Below are positions 62,915 through 64,000 of a stretch of DNA of 64,000 nucleotides, piece after piece. Origin of the DNA: Chiloscyllium plagiosum (taxonomy: Eukaryota); NCBI RefSeq assembly GCF_004010195.1, contig NC_057749.1, forward strand, positions 25,366,014 to 25,430,013, in the 5' to 3' direction. The position numbers and the translations under genes were made by a program. The notes beneath the pieces were generated by a model. The model was not told where the DNA came from, ran no database searches, and was given only the letters and a program-made list of their open reading frames with translations. How positions within the stretch are numbered: position 1 is the first letter of the stretch; every line of letters starts with the position of its first letter.

Positions 62915-64000
62915 GGAGAAAGTGAGGTCTGCAGATGCTGGAGATCAGAGATGGAAATGTGTTGCTGGAAAAGCGCAGCAGGTCAGGCAGCATCTAGGGA
63001 ACAGGAGAATCGACGTTTCGGGCATTAGCCCTTCTTCAGGAATGAGGAAAGTTGGTCCAGCAGGCTAAGATAAAAGATAGGGAGGAGGGACTTGGGGGAG
63101 GGGCGTCGGAAATGTGATAGGTGGAAAGAGGTCAAGGTGAGGGTGATAGGTCAGACTTATCCTCGGTGGAGTGGGAGGGGGAGTTGAGATGCTGTGCTAC
63201 AGGTTGGTTGGGTTGGTTCGTCCGGGTGGCCCAGAGGTGCTCTCTGAATCGCTCCGCAAGTCGGCGGCCTGTCTCCCCAATATAGAGGAGGCCACACCGG
63301 CTGCAGCGGATGCAGTAGATGATGTGGGTGGAGGTGCAGGTGAATCTGTGGCGGATATGGAAGTTTCCCTTGGGGCCTTGGAGAGAAGTGAGGGGGGAGG
63401 TGTGGGCGCAAGTGTTGCACCTCCTGCGGTTGCAAGGGAAGGTGCCGGGAGTGGTGGTTGGGTCGGTGGGGGGTGTGGATCTGACAAGGGAGTCGCGGAG
63501 GGAGTGGTCTCTACGGACAGCTGATAGGGGAGGGGAGGGAAATATATCCTTGGTGCTGGGGTCTGTTTGGAGGTGGCGGAAGTGACGGCGGATGATGCGC
63601 TGTACATGGAGATTGGTGGGGTGGTAGGTGAGGACTAGTGGGGTTCTGTCCTGGTGGCGGTTGGGGGGGCGGGGTTCAAGGGCGGAGGATCGGGAAGTGG
63701 AAGAGATGCGGTGGAGAGTATCGTCGACCATGTCGGGGGGGAAATTGCGGTCCTTGAAGAAGGAGGGCATCTGTGTTGTACGTATTTTGAACTGGTCCTC
63801 CTGGGAGCAGATGCGGCGGAGTCGAAGGAATTGGGAGAATGGGATGGCGTTTTTGCAGGGGGCAGGATGGGAGGAGGTGTAGTCCAGGTAGGTGTGGGAG
63901 TCGGTCGGTTTGTAGTAGATGTCCGTGTTGATCTGGTCGCCTGAGATGGAAATAGAAAGGTCGAGGAAGGGGAGGGAGGAATCTGAGACTGTCCTGGTGA
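62915..64000 (-). mobile_element. Penelope-like retroelement 3' part (GIY-YIG endonuclease) with hammerhead-bearing terminus
   Basis: ORF 63132-63770 has ...TFPCNRRRCNTC...HIIYCIRCSRCGLLYIGETGRRLAERFREH... CpG-rich, suggesting a young copy. Terminus contains CTGAAGA-A-GGGC-TAAT-GCCC-GAAAC-GTC at 63039-63012. Confidence 0.92.

Noticed and set aside
63157-63944. Multiple overlapping ORFs in the Penelope element
   Set aside because: Alternative-frame shadows of a GC-rich retroelement ORF.

Overview
Vertebrate genomic DNA, most likely a shark (inferred from HE1-type and Deu-core SINEs, HER1/CR1 LINE tails, Rex1-type LINEs and Penelope elements). It contains three host genes. NEIL1 (minus strand) shows its first three coding exons, and the rest must lie left of the window. 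COMMD4 (minus strand) shows exons 3-8; exons 1-2 were not found and probably lie in the 500-N gap. A single-coding-exon ZC3H10-like gene (plus strand) has only two of the three CCCH fingers I recall for human ZC3H10. Much of the remainder is transposon debris. The most striking unannotated layer is a dense set (roughly 25-30 copies, four sequence families) of short Penelope-derived insertions carrying minimal hammerhead-ribozyme motifs, often as head-to-head palindromes with target-site duplications. One copy with an intact catalytic core sits in sense orientation 10 nt downstream of a NEIL1 splice donor. A long, apparently young GIY-YIG Penelope copy at the right edge carries the same terminus as one family. 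Other oddities are a 278-bp duplication with a 23-bp micro-inversion, a 148-bp duplication around a 32-nt retroelement tail, and a possible CARD-like coding relic. All calls were made by eye, with no database searches, and repeat boundaries are approximate.
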